Below are positions 29,689 to 38,077 of a stretch of 57,194 bases of DNA, one piece after another. Position numbers and translations under genes: made by a program. Origin of the DNA: an uncultured Clostridia bacterium (lineage in GTDB: Bacteria; Bacillota; Clostridia; Christensenellales; CAG-138); NCBI GenBank assembly GCA_947306125.1, contig CAMZFO010000003.1:1-57194 (forward strand), in the 5' to 3' direction. Within the stretch, counting starts at the first letter, position 1. Each line of letters starts with the position of its first letter. Below the pieces are notes generated by a model, which was not told the origin of the DNA, searched no databases, and saw only the letters and a list, made by a program, of their open reading frames with translations.

Positions 29689-31779
29689 ATGCAGAGAACA
29701 TTCGAAATGGAGCTTGCGGGCCGCAGGATATCCGTCGTTACCGGCAAATATGCCGAGCAGGCGGGCGGTTCCGTTATGATCTCCTGCGGCGGCACGGCGC
29801 TTCTCGTGTGCGCGACCGTCGCCAAGGCCCCCCGCGAGGGAGCCGACTTCCTCCCCTTAAGCTGTGATTACGAGGAGAAGATGTATGCGGCGGGCAAGAT
29901 CCCCGGCGGTTTCATCAAGCGTGAGGGCCGTCCCTCCGAAAAGGCTGTTCTGACCAGCCGTCTTATCGACCGTCCCCTTCGTCCGCTGTTCCCCAAGGGC
30001 TTCTATAACGACGTTCAGGTAGTCGCTACCTGCATGTCCGTCGAGAAGGACGTTCAGCCCGAGATACTCGCCATGATCGGTTCCTCCATCGCCCTTTCCA
30101 TCAGCGAAGCGCCCTTCATGGGCCCCATCGGCGCCGTTTCCGTCGGCTTTGTCGACGGCGAATACGTCATCAATCCCGATTCCGAGCAGCGTGAGAAGAG
30201 CCGTCTCGCCCTCACCGTCGCCGGCACGCGCGACGCGGTCATGATGGTCGAGGCCGGTGCGAACGAGGTCACCGAGAAGGAGATGCTCGACGCCATACTG
30301 CTTGCCCATAACTACATCAAGGAGATCGTTGCCTTCATTGACGGCATTCAGGCCGAGGTGGGCAAGGAAAAGATCGTTCCCGATATCCACGTTCCCGATG
30401 AGGAGCTCAAGGCAAAGGTCGTCGAGTACGCCCGCGAGAAGGTCGTCTGGCAGCTCGATACCTTCGACCGCAAGGAGCGCGAAGCGAGGACCGCGGAAGT
30501 CACCGCCGACGTCAAGGCGCACTTTGCCGAGGAGTATCCCGAAGCGGGCTCCGATATCGACGCCATCCTCTACAACCTCATGAAGGAGATCCTTCGTGAT
30601 AAGATCATCAACAAGGGCATCCGCCCCGACGGCCGCAAGATGGACGAAGTCCGTCCCATCTGGTGCGAGGTGGGCGTTCTGCCCCGCACTCACGGTTCCG
30701 CCGTATTCACCAGGGGCCAGACCCAGGTCATGACCATGACCACCCTCGGCACCCTCGGCGACGGCCAGACCCTCGACGGCATTGGCGAAGAGGATTTCAA
30801 GCGCTATATCCATCACTACAATATGCCGCCCTACAGCGTTGGCGAGGTCAGGCGTCTCGGCAGCCCGGGCAGGCGTGAGATCGGCCACGGCGCTCTTGCC
30901 GAAAGGGCTCTGCTTCCCATGATCCCCTCCGAGGATGATTTCCCCTATGCGATCCGTCTGGTCTCCGAGGTCATCTCCTCCAACGGTTCCACCTCGCAGG
31001 CCTCCATCTGCGCCTCCACAATGTCCCTTATGGACGCGGGCGTTCCCATCAAGAAGCCCGTCGCGGGCGTTGCAATGGGCCTTATCAAGGACGACGCCAA
31101 CGGCAATATCGCCATCCTCACCGACATACAGGGTCTTGAGGACTTCATGGGCGATATGGACTTCAAGGTCGCCGGCACCAGGGAGGGCATCACCGCCATC
31201 CAGATGGATATCAAGATCAAGGGCATCAATGAGGAGATCCTCACCAGGGCTCTCGAGCAGGCGCGTCAGGGCAGGCTCTTCATACTCGATAAGATGATGG
31301 AATGCATCTCCGAGCCCCGTCCCGAGCTTTCTCCCTATGCTCCCCGCATACTCCGCTTCACCATCAATCCCGATAAGATCCGCGAGGTCATCGGCTCCGG
31401 CGGCAAGACCATCAACGGCATCATTGCCAAGACCGGCGTCAAGATCGACATCGAGGACGACGGCAGGGTGTTCATCGCCTCCACCGACGCCGCGGCTTCC
31501 GCTGAGGCAAAGCGCATGATCGACGCCATCGTCAAGGATATCGAGGTCGGCGACGTCATACTGGGCAAGGTGGTCAATCTGCTTCCCATCGGCGCTCAGG
31601 TAGAGGTCAAGCCCGGCAAGAAGGGTCTCGTCCATATCTCCAGGCTCGCCAATCACCGCGTCGAAAAGGTCGAGGATGAGGTCGCAGTCGGCGACGAGAT
31701 ACTCGTCCGCGTTATCGACATCAAGCCCGACGGCAAGATCGATCTTACCCGCAAGGGCCTCATCCCCGGCGATAAATAA
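29689..31779 (+). CDS. pnp: Polyribonucleotide nucleotidyltransferase (PNPase)
   Basis: Two RNase PH domains, KH ([11 protein letters not shown]) and S1 ([15 protein letters not shown]) domains. Located downstream of rpsO. Confidence 0.95.
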   Translation: MQRTFEMELAGRRISVVTGKYAEQAGGSVMISCGGTALLVCATVAKAPREGADFLPLSCDYEEKMYAAGKIPGGFIKREGRPSEKAVLTSRLIDRPLRPLFPKGFYNDVQVVATCMSVEKDVQPEILAMIGSSIALSISEAPFMGPIGAVSVGFVDGEYVINPDSEQREKSRLALTVAGTRDAVMMVEAGANEVTEKEMLDAILLAHNYIKEIVAFIDGIQAEVGKEKIVPDIHVPDEELKAKVVEYAREKVVWQLDTFDRKEREARTAEVTADVKAHFAEEYPEAGSDIDAILYNLMKEILRDKIINKGIRPDGRKMDEVRPIWCEVGVLPRTHGSAVFTRGQTQVMTMTTLGTLGDGQTLDGIGEEDFKRYIHHYNMPPYSVGEVRRLGSPGRREIGHGALAERALLPMIPSEDDFPYAIRLVSEVISSNGSTSQASICASTMSLMDAGVPIKKPVAGVAMGLIKDDANGNIAILTDIQGLEDFMGDMDFKVAGTREGITAIQMDIKIKGINEEILTRALEQARQGRLFILDKMMECISEPRPELSPYAPRILRFTINPDKIREVIGSGGKTINGIIAKTGVKIDIEDDGRVFIASTDAAASAEAKRMIDAIVKDIEVGDVILGKVVNLLPIGAQVEVKPGKKGLVHISRLANHRVEKVEDEVAVGDEILVRVIDIKPDGKIDLTRKGLIPGDK

Positions 31780-31799
31780 TTCATAACCGAACGCACTTC

Positions 31800-31830
31800 G
31801 CTCCCGCCTGACCCCGGCGGGAGCTTTTTT
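31800..31830 (+). terminator. Rho-independent terminator after pnp
   Basis: GCTCCCGCC-TGACCCC-GGCGGGAGC stem-loop followed by TTTTTT. Confidence 0.8.
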
Positions 31831-32018
31831 GTGCCCGCGCCTCCCGATTGAGCGGCGTGCGGGCAAAAGCACTTGCCGCATATGCTGTTGATGGACGTTT
31901 CTTAAATACACGCACAATTATGTAAAATTCATTATTGACAAAATAATGAAGGGGGTATAATTAAATTAGGGGGGAAATAATACAGCGGCAAAACAATATG
32001 TGTTCAGGAGGTAATTCT

Positions 32019-32444
32019 ATGAAAAAGAAGACGCTGTTTATCATTTTGGCCGTGCTGGCTGTCATTTTGGCTGCGGTTTTCGCGGTGAAGGCTGTTGAAA
32101 GAGCCAAACAGAGGCGGATCGCCGAAGCGCGCTTCAACGTCGCCGGCGATATCGTCCGCGTCGAATATAAGGATCTCATGAGCGGCGCCGTCGCCGTCAC
32201 CGATAGGCAGGAGGATATAAAGGTGCTGCTTGAATGCATCGAGCTTGCAAGGCTCAATTATCGAACTGCAGATCATCAACTGGCAGCGATGGCGGACAGC
32301 CCGAGCATCACCTATAAGTATGCCGACGGAAGCAGAAAACAATATGATTATATAGTTAAGCCCAACGAGAAGTATCCGCAGCCGTTCAAGGCTTTCTGCG
32401 AGATACCCTATATCGCCGGGCAGCTTGCTGCCAAGGACGATTGA
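32019..32444 (+). CDS. Hypothetical membrane-anchored protein
   Basis: AGGAGG RBS precedes ATG 32019. N-terminal TM MKKKTLFIILAVLAVILAAVFAV. No motif I recognise. Confidence 0.55.
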   Translation: MKKKTLFIILAVLAVILAAVFAVKAVERAKQRRIAEARFNVAGDIVRVEYKDLMSGAVAVTDRQEDIKVLLECIELARLNYRTADHQLAAMADSPSITYKYADGSRKQYDYIVKPNEKYPQPFKAFCEIPYIAGQLAAKDD

Positions 32445-32539
32445 GCCTTTCATTGATCCCTGCGCCCCTCCTTTTCAGGCGAGGCGCTTTTTTGCGCCCC
32501 AAACAAAAAAATTTTTTTCTCCGGGGGCTCTTATATGGG

Positions 32540-32568
32540 GTGACAAAGGAGCTCTTCTGTGATAGAAT
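32540..32568 (+). promoter_or_regulatory. Sigma-A-type promoter for the dockerin-protein pair
   Basis: GTGACA, 17 nt spacer, TGa-TAGAAT. Confidence 0.4.
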
Positions 32569-32594
32569 ATACTCGGGAAAATCCATTATAGAAA

Positions 32595-34583
32595 GTGAGA
32601 AAACCAAAAGTGAAACGTATCTTATCCATTGTAATCTCAGCATTGATGCTCTTTGCTCTCGTCCCCGCCGCGGCGCTCGCCGAAGACGCCGCGTATGCCG
32701 TGCGGGAAGCCGCCGCCATGAGGCGCTGGGACGACGTGTGGAGCGCGCTGGACCCCGTTGAAAAGGAGATGCTGGCCCTTGGCGCCACTCCCGCCGAGGT
32801 CACGAACGCCGTTTATAAGGCGGCGCTCAACTGCCCCCTCATCGACGAGGGCAGCATAACCGATCTCTGCTCCAACGAGTTTACCTTCACCACCGCCGGA
32901 ATGCTCGGCGGCTACAACTACCGCGTGAGGAACTATGATAAGGCTCCCGCGAGGATGACCGCTCCCTCCTCCGCCGCGAAGTCGGTCGAGAGGATCAACG
33001 CCGTCAAAAACGGTCCCTCGAGCATAAACGTGCTCCTCGTCGGCCCCTATTACGGCTCCGACAGCAGCTTCACCGATCAGTACAGGCGCGAGGCGCAGTC
33101 CCTCGCCGAGGCGACCGGCGGTCAGCTCACCGTGCTCCAGGGTTCGCAGGCGACCGGCCCGAATATCGCCGCCAATTACCCCAATAAGGGCATAGTCATT
33201 TATGACTCCCACGGCAACTGCATCTCCTCGAAGCAGACCTCCTATCTGGATCTGACCTCGAGCACGGGCCTCACCTCGACCGACTATTCCAACGGATGGG
33301 CGTATAACGGCGGTTCCTTCTACGGCATCGACGGGCGCTATATCCAGAACCACGTGACGGAGCCCCTCTCCAACTGCTTCGTTTGGATGGCCATTTGCGA
33401 GGGCATGAAGCTCGGCGGCAGAGGTACTACGGGCACCGCGCTGCTTGCCGCGGGCGCAGCGGCTGTTTACGGCTATTCCCAGTCAGTCACTTTCGCGGGC
33501 GATTACGAGTATGAAGCGACCTTCTGGGATCTCATGAAGGAGGGCGCCATAGTTTCCGAGGCGCTTGAAGAGATGAAGGAGGTCCACGGCATTCCCGATC
33601 CCTATGGCGACGCTTATCCCATTCTGATGAGCCCCGTCGATCCCTTCCCCTCCAACCCCGACGGTGCGCAGGAGGTCTCCTGCGATTGGAATATGTATTC
33701 AAGCGAGCCCGTCGCGCTCGAGAGCTATTCCTTAAGCGATACCTCGATCGACGTTTACGAGAGCTTTACAAGGGTCGTCACGTTCGACCGAGTGCCCTTC
33801 AATGCGAATGAGTATGAGCTCGCCTGGAGCTCCGCCGATGAGAGCGTCGCGGCAGTTGCCGGCAATAACCGCAAGGTCAGGATCACCGGCGTCGGTGAAG
33901 GCGCGACCGAGATCGTCTGCACCGTGCTCGTCGACGGCAGCGTAATAGGCACTGAGAGCGTCTCCGTTAACGTACTGCGTCTCCCGACTCTCAACGAGGC
34001 GGCGAACGCTCCCGGCGGCAGCCTTGAATTCACCTCCGCTACGGCCGCTTACCCCTGGACGGTCGGCGTCGTGGACGGCATGCCCGCCGCCATGTCCGGT
34101 AACGCGGGCGTCAATAATTCCACCTCCACGCTGCAGCTCGCGGTCCATATGGAGGCCGGCGATCAGCTTACGTTCAGGATGAAGGCGAGCAGCGAGGACG
34201 ATTACGATTTCCTCCGCTTCTACGTCAATAACTCCATATACGGCTCCCAGATGAGCGGCGACAGCGAGTGGAGGGAGGTCACCTACACCGCGCAGACGAG
34301 CGGCAGCTACACCTTCCAGTGGAGATTCGTCAAGGATCAGTACGTCGGCAGCTATGACGACTGCGGCTATCTCTGCGGCGTGAGGCTCATATCGAGCGTC
34401 GTTCCCGGCGACGTCAATTACGACAGCGCCGCGGACAGCGCCGACGCGCTCCTCGTGCTGCGCTACTCGATGGGCCTTGAGGAGCTGACCGCCGATCAGC
34501 TCGCCCGCGCCGACGTCAACGGCGACGGCGCCGTCGATTCCGCGGACGCCCTCCGCATACTCCGCGATTACCTTCTCGGCTGA
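32595..34583 (+). CDS. Secreted dockerin-containing protein with a putative clan-CD cysteine peptidase domain, a Big_2-like Ig domain and an uncharacterised beta-sandwich
   Basis: Signal peptide. His-Gly (VIYDSHGN) and Cys (VWMAICEGMKL) dyad in caspase/gingipain/legumain-like strand context. Ig-like VAAVAGNNRKVRITGVGEGATEIVCTV. C-terminal dockerin DVNYDSAADSADAL...DVNGDGAVDSADAL at 34398-34580. The start is GTG 32595 or GTG 32610. Confidence 0.7.
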   Translation: MRKPKVKRILSIVISALMLFALVPAAALAEDAAYAVREAAAMRRWDDVWSALDPVEKEMLALGATPAEVTNAVYKAALNCPLIDEGSITDLCSNEFTFTTAGMLGGYNYRVRNYDKAPARMTAPSSAAKSVERINAVKNGPSSINVLLVGPYYGSDSSFTDQYRREAQSLAEATGGQLTVLQGSQATGPNIAANYPNKGIVIYDSHGNCISSKQTSYLDLTSSTGLTSTDYSNGWAYNGGSFYGIDGRYIQNHVTEPLSNCFVWMAICEGMKLGGRGTTGTALLAAGAAAVYGYSQSVTFAGDYEYEATFWDLMKEGAIVSEALEEMKEVHGIPDPYGDAYPILMSPVDPFPSNPDGAQEVSCDWNMYSSEPVALESYSLSDTSIDVYESFTRVVTFDRVPFNANEYELAWSSADESVAAVAGNNRKVRITGVGEGATEIVCTVLVDGSVIGTESVSVNVLRLPTLNEAANAPGGSLEFTSATAAYPWTVGVVDGMPAAMSGNAGVNNSTSTLQLAVHMEAGDQLTFRMKASSEDDYDFLRFYVNNSIYGSQMSGDSEWREVTYTAQTSGSYTFQWRFVKDQYVGSYDDCGYLCGVRLISSVVPGDVNYDSAADSADALLVLRYSMGLEELTADQLARADVNGDGAVDSADALRILRDYLLG

Positions 34584-34624
34584 TCGCGCTGATAAAGCTA
34601 ATCTTAATTAAGGAGATAAAAACT

Positions 34625-36628
34625 ATGTTTACCAAAAGGATCGCCGCAGTCATACTCTCTCTGCTGATGGTTCTGGCTCTTGTCCCCGCGGCAGCGCTTG
34701 CCGGGGACGTCAGCTCCGCCGTACATGAGAAGAGCATGCTCGCAAAGCTCGATTCCGCGTGGAGCGTGCTTGAGGACGTCGAGTCCGAAGCCATCGCCTC
34801 CGGTGCGGAGATGAGCGAAGTCACAAAGGCCGTCTATAAGGCGGCTCTGCAGCTCAAGCTGGTCGATGAAAAGAGCATCAACAGCTTGACCTCGAAGAGC
34901 TTCTTCTTCAAGGTCAACGGCATGGAGTGCTGCTATGATTACGTCGCCCGCAACATTCCCCATGTCTCCGCCGTCAGCGGCGAGACCGTCAGCGCCATCT
35001 CCGCCGCTGTGGGCGCTTCCCAGCCCAAGAACGGCCCCACGAGCATGGACGTTTTGCTCGTCGGCCCCTATTACGGCGAGGACTCCAACTTCACGAATCA
35101 GTATAGGAACGAAGCCAATTCCATCGCCAATTCCGTTGGCGGTGAGATGACCGAGCTTGCTCATTACGCTGCGACCGGTCCCGCCATCGCGGAGGCCGTC
35201 GTCGAAGCCGGCGTAGTCATCTACGACTCCCACGGCACCGCAAGCGGCACTTCTTCCTATCTCTGCCTCACCACCAACAGCGGTATCACCTCCGAAGACT
35301 ATCAGAACGGCTGGGCGGTCAACGCCGGCGGCGCCGCTTATATCGACGGCAGGTATATCCAGAACCACATCACGCAGGAGCTTCCCAACAACATTTTCTG
35401 GATGGCTATCTGCGAGGGCATGAAGCTTTCCGGCCGCGGCACCACCGGCTACGCTCTGCTTGATGCCGGCGCAGGCTGCGTTTACGGTTATTCTCAGTCA
35501 GTCACCTTCTCCGGCGATTACAGGTACGAGGCGCACTTCTGGAATAACATGAAGAACAACGACATGACCGTCGCCGAGGCTTTCAACGCCATGACCGCCG
35601 CGCTGGGCAACTGGGATCCCGCTTATTCCAGCTCCTCCGGCGCCGCGTGGCCCATCGTTATGAGCCCGGACGATCCCTTCCCCACGAATCCCGACAGCCA
35701 CCAGACCGTGTACTGCGACTGGGCCCTGAGGGGCGGCAGCCTTGAGCCGGTCGAGCTGACCGAATGGAGCCTCAGCGAAGAGGCCGTCGAGCTTTACGAG
35801 ACCACCACGGTCAACGTCAAGTTCGAGCGCATCCCCGACAATGCGAACCACTACGAGCTCGTATGGCACAGCCAGGATGAGAGCATCGCAGCCGTTTCCG
35901 GCAATAACCGCAGGGTCGCCATCACCGGCGTCGGCGAGGGCGCGACCAATATCTATTGCGAGATACTGGTGGACGGCGAGTGCATCGGCACCGCCTTCTG
36001 CGCCGTCAACGTCATCCACTTCCCGACTCTGAACGAGGCGGCGAACGAGGAGAACGGCACTCTCGAATTCACCTCCACGACTCCCAACTATCCCTGGGCG
36101 TGCGCTATCATCGACGGCGAGGCAGTTGCCAAGAGCGGCAACTCGGGGCAGGACAGCACAGTTTCGACCATGCAGCTCGTGCTCGATATGGAAGCAGGCG
36201 ATAAGCTCGTATTTGATTGGAGGGTCAGCTCCGAGTCGAATTACGATATGCTCGGCTTCTACGTGAACGGCACGCAGAACGGCTCCCGCATCAGCGGCGA
36301 GACCGATTGGGCGACCATCACCTATACCGCCGCCACCTCCGGAACCTTCACCTTCCAGTGGCGCTATGAGAAGGATTATTCCGTGAGCAGGAACGACGAC
36401 TGCGGCTATGTCAACAACGTCAGGTTCGTGCCCGAAGCCTATCTGCCCGGCGACGTCAACAACAACGGCGCCGTTGAAAGCGACGACGCGCTTATCGTGC
36501 TCCGCTACAGCCTCGGCCTCGCGAATCTCACCTCCGCTCAGCTTGCCCGTGCGGACGTTAACGGCGACGGCTTAGTCAACAGCACCGACGCTATAATGAT
36601 CCTGCGCAGCGCTCTCGGCGCGGCATGA
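34625..36628 (+). CDS. Paralogous dockerin-containing putative clan-CD peptidase
   Basis: Same architecture as the upstream gene (VIYDSHGT, FWMAICEGMKL, Ig-like domain, beta-sandwich, dockerin DVNNNGAVESDDAL...DVNGDGLVNSTDAI at 36440-36625). RBS AAGGAG. Confidence 0.7.
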   Translation: MFTKRIAAVILSLLMVLALVPAAALAGDVSSAVHEKSMLAKLDSAWSVLEDVESEAIASGAEMSEVTKAVYKAALQLKLVDEKSINSLTSKSFFFKVNGMECCYDYVARNIPHVSAVSGETVSAISAAVGASQPKNGPTSMDVLLVGPYYGEDSNFTNQYRNEANSIANSVGGEMTELAHYAATGPAIAEAVVEAGVVIYDSHGTASGTSSYLCLTTNSGITSEDYQNGWAVNAGGAAYIDGRYIQNHITQELPNNIFWMAICEGMKLSGRGTTGYALLDAGAGCVYGYSQSVTFSGDYRYEAHFWNNMKNNDMTVAEAFNAMTAALGNWDPAYSSSSGAAWPIVMSPDDPFPTNPDSHQTVYCDWALRGGSLEPVELTEWSLSEEAVELYETTTVNVKFERIPDNANHYELVWHSQDESIAAVSGNNRRVAITGVGEGATNIYCEILVDGECIGTAFCAVNVIHFPTLNEAANEENGTLEFTSTTPNYPWACAIIDGEAVAKSGNSGQDSTVSTMQLVLDMEAGDKLVFDWRVSSESNYDMLGFYVNGTQNGSRISGETDWATITYTAATSGTFTFQWRYEKDYSVSRNDDCGYVNNVRFVPEAYLPGDVNNNGAVESDDALIVLRYSLGLANLTSAQLARADVNGDGLVNSTDAIMILRSALGAA

Positions 36629-36642
36629 TCTGCCGATGACAT

Positions 36643-36670
36643 AAGGGACGGCCCCGCGCCGTCCCTTTTC
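36643..36670 (+). terminator. Rho-independent terminator after the dockerin-protein pair
   Basis: GGGACGGC-CCCGC-GCCGTCCC stem-loop followed by TTTT. Confidence 0.7.
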
Positions 36671-36694
36671 GTCACAGAAAATGAAATTTCACTA

Positions 36695-36723
36695 TTGCAA
36701 AACCCGCCCAAAGGGTGTATAAT
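36695..36723 (+). promoter_or_regulatory. Sigma-A-type promoter of the tRNA-Val locus
   Basis: TTGCAA, 17 nt spacer, TATAAT, about 19 nt upstream of module A. Confidence 0.55.
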
Positions 36724-36741
36724 AATCAAGCACGGAAACCT

Positions 36742-36856
36742 TGGTCGCATGGCTCAGTTGGTAGAGCATATCGTTCACATCTATGGAGCATTGCGACTCG
36801 CGCATCCTGCGGATGAAGCAGCGAGGCGCAATGGGTTCGAGTCAAAAGACTCGAAC
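36742..36856 (+). pseudogene. tRNA-derived module A: tRNA-Val 5' half, a 51-nt hairpin insert, then a T-loop palindrome; no 3' acceptor strand
   Basis: 36742-36780 is identical to 36875-36913 of the intact tRNA. A G-to-T change breaks the anticodon stem. The insert is CATTGCG-A-CTCGC...GCGAG-G-CGCAATG. It ends with GGTTCGAGTC-AAAA-GACTCGAACC. Confidence 0.5.
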
Positions 36857-36874
36857 CGTAGGAAGAACTCAATA

Positions 36875-36950
36875 TGGTCGCATGGCTCAGTTGGTAGAGC
36901 ATATCGTTCACATCGATGGGGTCACAGGTTCGAGTCCTGTTGCGACCACC
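36875..36950 (+). tRNA. tRNA-Val (anticodon CAC), CCA encoded
   Basis: Manual cloverleaf: acceptor GGTCGCA/TGCGACC, D arm GCTC-AGTTGGTA-GAGC, anticodon arm TATCG-TTCACAT-CGATG, T arm ACAGG-TTCGAGT-CCTGT, discriminator A73, CCA. 76 nt. Confidence 0.85.
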
Positions 36951-36953
36951 AAA

Positions 36954-36977
36954 AGACGCTTGAAAAAGCGTCTTTTT
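36954..36977 (+). terminator. Rho-independent terminator after tRNA-Val
   Basis: GACGCTT-GAAA-AAGCGTC stem-loop followed by TTTTTT. Confidence 0.75.
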
Positions 36978-36980
36978 TCG

Positions 36981-37085
36981 TGTCGCGGAAAGAGCATATC
37001 GTTCACATCGATGGAGCATTGCGACTCGCGCATCCTGCGGATGAAGCAGCGAGGCGCAATGGGGGAGAGTCCTGTTGCGACCACC
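36981..37085 (+). pseudogene. tRNA-derived module C: degenerate 5' end without D arm, anticodon arm, the same 51-nt insert, and an authentic tRNA 3' end with CCA
   Basis: The 72-nt block 36991-37062 equals 36763-36834 with one mismatch. It ends ...GAGAGTCCTGTTGCGACCACCA. The 5' T-arm strand is missing. Confidence 0.5.
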
Positions 37086-37088
37086 AAA

Positions 37089-37109
37089 AGACGCCGAAAG
37101 GCGTCTTTT
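37089..37109 (+). terminator. Second rho-independent terminator, a near copy of the first
   Basis: GACGCC-GAAA-GGCGTC stem-loop followed by TTTTT. Confidence 0.7.
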
Positions 37110-37116
37110 TATTGCG

Positions 37117-37132
37117 TCAACAGGACTCGAAC
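37117..37132 (-). repeat. Inverted copy of the tRNA T-arm/acceptor 3' segment
   Basis: CAACAGGACTCGAACC is the reverse complement of GGTTCGAGTCCTGTTG. It forms a long inverted repeat with 37066-37080 around the terminator. Confidence 0.7.
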
Positions 37133-37149
37133 CAAAAGAAAACTCGATA

Positions 37150-37216
37150 TGACAGGCTGTTTTGCCCGTATAGCATATCGAACCATCGATGGGGAGAGTA
37201 TTGCCCCGGATCCCAC
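37150..37216 (+). pseudogene. tRNA-derived module D: decayed tRNA-Val copy
   Basis: Aligns to the intact tRNA through ...TAGCATATCG-AACCAT-CGATGGGG.... The preceding spacer AACTCGATAT matches AACTCAATAT before the intact tRNA. No cloverleaf can be drawn. Confidence 0.35.
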
Positions 37217-37220
37217 CTCG

Positions 37221-37249
37221 CTTTACAAATACAGCCCTGTGCGTTATAA
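37221..37249 (+). promoter_or_regulatory. Sigma-A-type promoter for the GNAT gene
   Basis: TTTACA, 17 nt spacer, TATAAT. Confidence 0.5.
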
Positions 37250-37279
37250 TTTGCCTGCATAACATAAGGAGGCGATAGA

Positions 37280-38017
37280 ATGGGCTACATCAGGATAACC
37301 GAAGAGAACATCGACAGGGAGCATATCTGCTGTGCAATGTCGAACAAGCAGAGCGACATGAAAAAGCTCTGGCTCAAGGAGCGCTTTGCGGAGGGGCTGG
37401 TATTCTACCGCAGCGAGGAGCGCGGCAAGTGCTTTATAGAATACATGCCTGCCGAGGCCGCGTGGCAGCCGCTCGAGGCGGATGGGTATATGCATATCAA
37501 CTGCCTTTGGGTCTCGGGCTCGCTCAAGGGGCACGGGTACTCGAACGACCTGCTGAACGAGTGCGTGCGGGACGCGAAGGAGCAGGGGAGGAAGGGCCTG
37601 ACGATACTCTCCTCGGCCAGGAAGAAGGGCTTCCTTGCCGATCCGAAGTATTTGAAATACAAGGGCTTCCGATTGGCGGACGAGTCGGATCCCGGCATAC
37701 AGCTTTACTATCTGCCGTTTGATGAAGGCGCGGAGGCGCCCCGCTTCAAGGAGTGCGCGAAGCACCCGCATATCGACGAGAGCGGCTTCGTGATCTATTA
37801 TACCGATCAGTGCCCGTTCACCTATTATTGGGTGCCGAGGCTTGCGGAGGTCGCCGCGGAAAACGGCGTGCCTCTCAAGGTGATAAAGATCGACACGCGT
37901 GAAGCCGCGCAGAACGCGCCCTCGCCCGTTACCAATTTCACGCTGTTTAAGGACGGCGTATTCGTTACGCACGAGATACAGTCCGATAAGAAATTCCTCG
38001 CGCTCGCGGGCAAGTAA
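37280..38017 (+). CDS. GNAT family N-acetyltransferase with a YoaP-like C-terminal domain
   Basis: RBS AAGGAGG. GNAT core CLWVSGSLKGHGYSNDLL. C-terminal thioredoxin-like YYTDQCPF segment, as in YoaP-type proteins. Confidence 0.7.
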   Translation: MGYIRITEENIDREHICCAMSNKQSDMKKLWLKERFAEGLVFYRSEERGKCFIEYMPAEAAWQPLEADGYMHINCLWVSGSLKGHGYSNDLLNECVRDAKEQGRKGLTILSSARKKGFLADPKYLKYKGFRLADESDPGIQLYYLPFDEGAEAPRFKECAKHPHIDESGFVIYYTDQCPFTYYWVPRLAEVAAENGVPLKVIKIDTREAAQNAPSPVTNFTLFKDGVFVTHEIQSDKKFLALAGK

Positions 38018-38028
38018 GCATAACGACG

Positions 38029-38070
38029 CAAAAAAGCTCCCACGCATCATCGAGCGCGGGAGCTTTGCTT
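38029..38070. terminator. Bidirectional terminator between convergent genes
   Basis: A-run, then GCTCCCACGC ... GCGCGGGAGC stem, then TTTGCTTT. Confidence 0.6.
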
Positions 38071-38077
38071 TAACTTG

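Noticed and set aside
36784-36834. The 51-nt insert as a small self-cleaving ribozyme, because GGATGAAGC resembles a hammerhead core.
   Set aside because: The conserved CUGAUGA ... GAAA hammerhead core and its three-stem junction cannot be drawn. The sequence folds as a simple imperfect hairpin.
36695-37265. Three overlapping ORFs of 159-184 aa across the tRNA region, with repeated peptide MAQLVEHIVHI.GALRLAHPADEAARRNG.
   Set aside because: The repeated peptide is just the translation of the duplicated tRNA-derived DNA. The region contains a canonical tRNA, two terminators and no RBS.
36640-38020. A prophage or integrative element inserted at the tRNA-Val gene.
   Set aside because: No integrase, excisionase, phage or conjugation genes flank the tRNA. 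The duplicated tRNA pieces lie within 500 bp, which is too close together to enclose an element.
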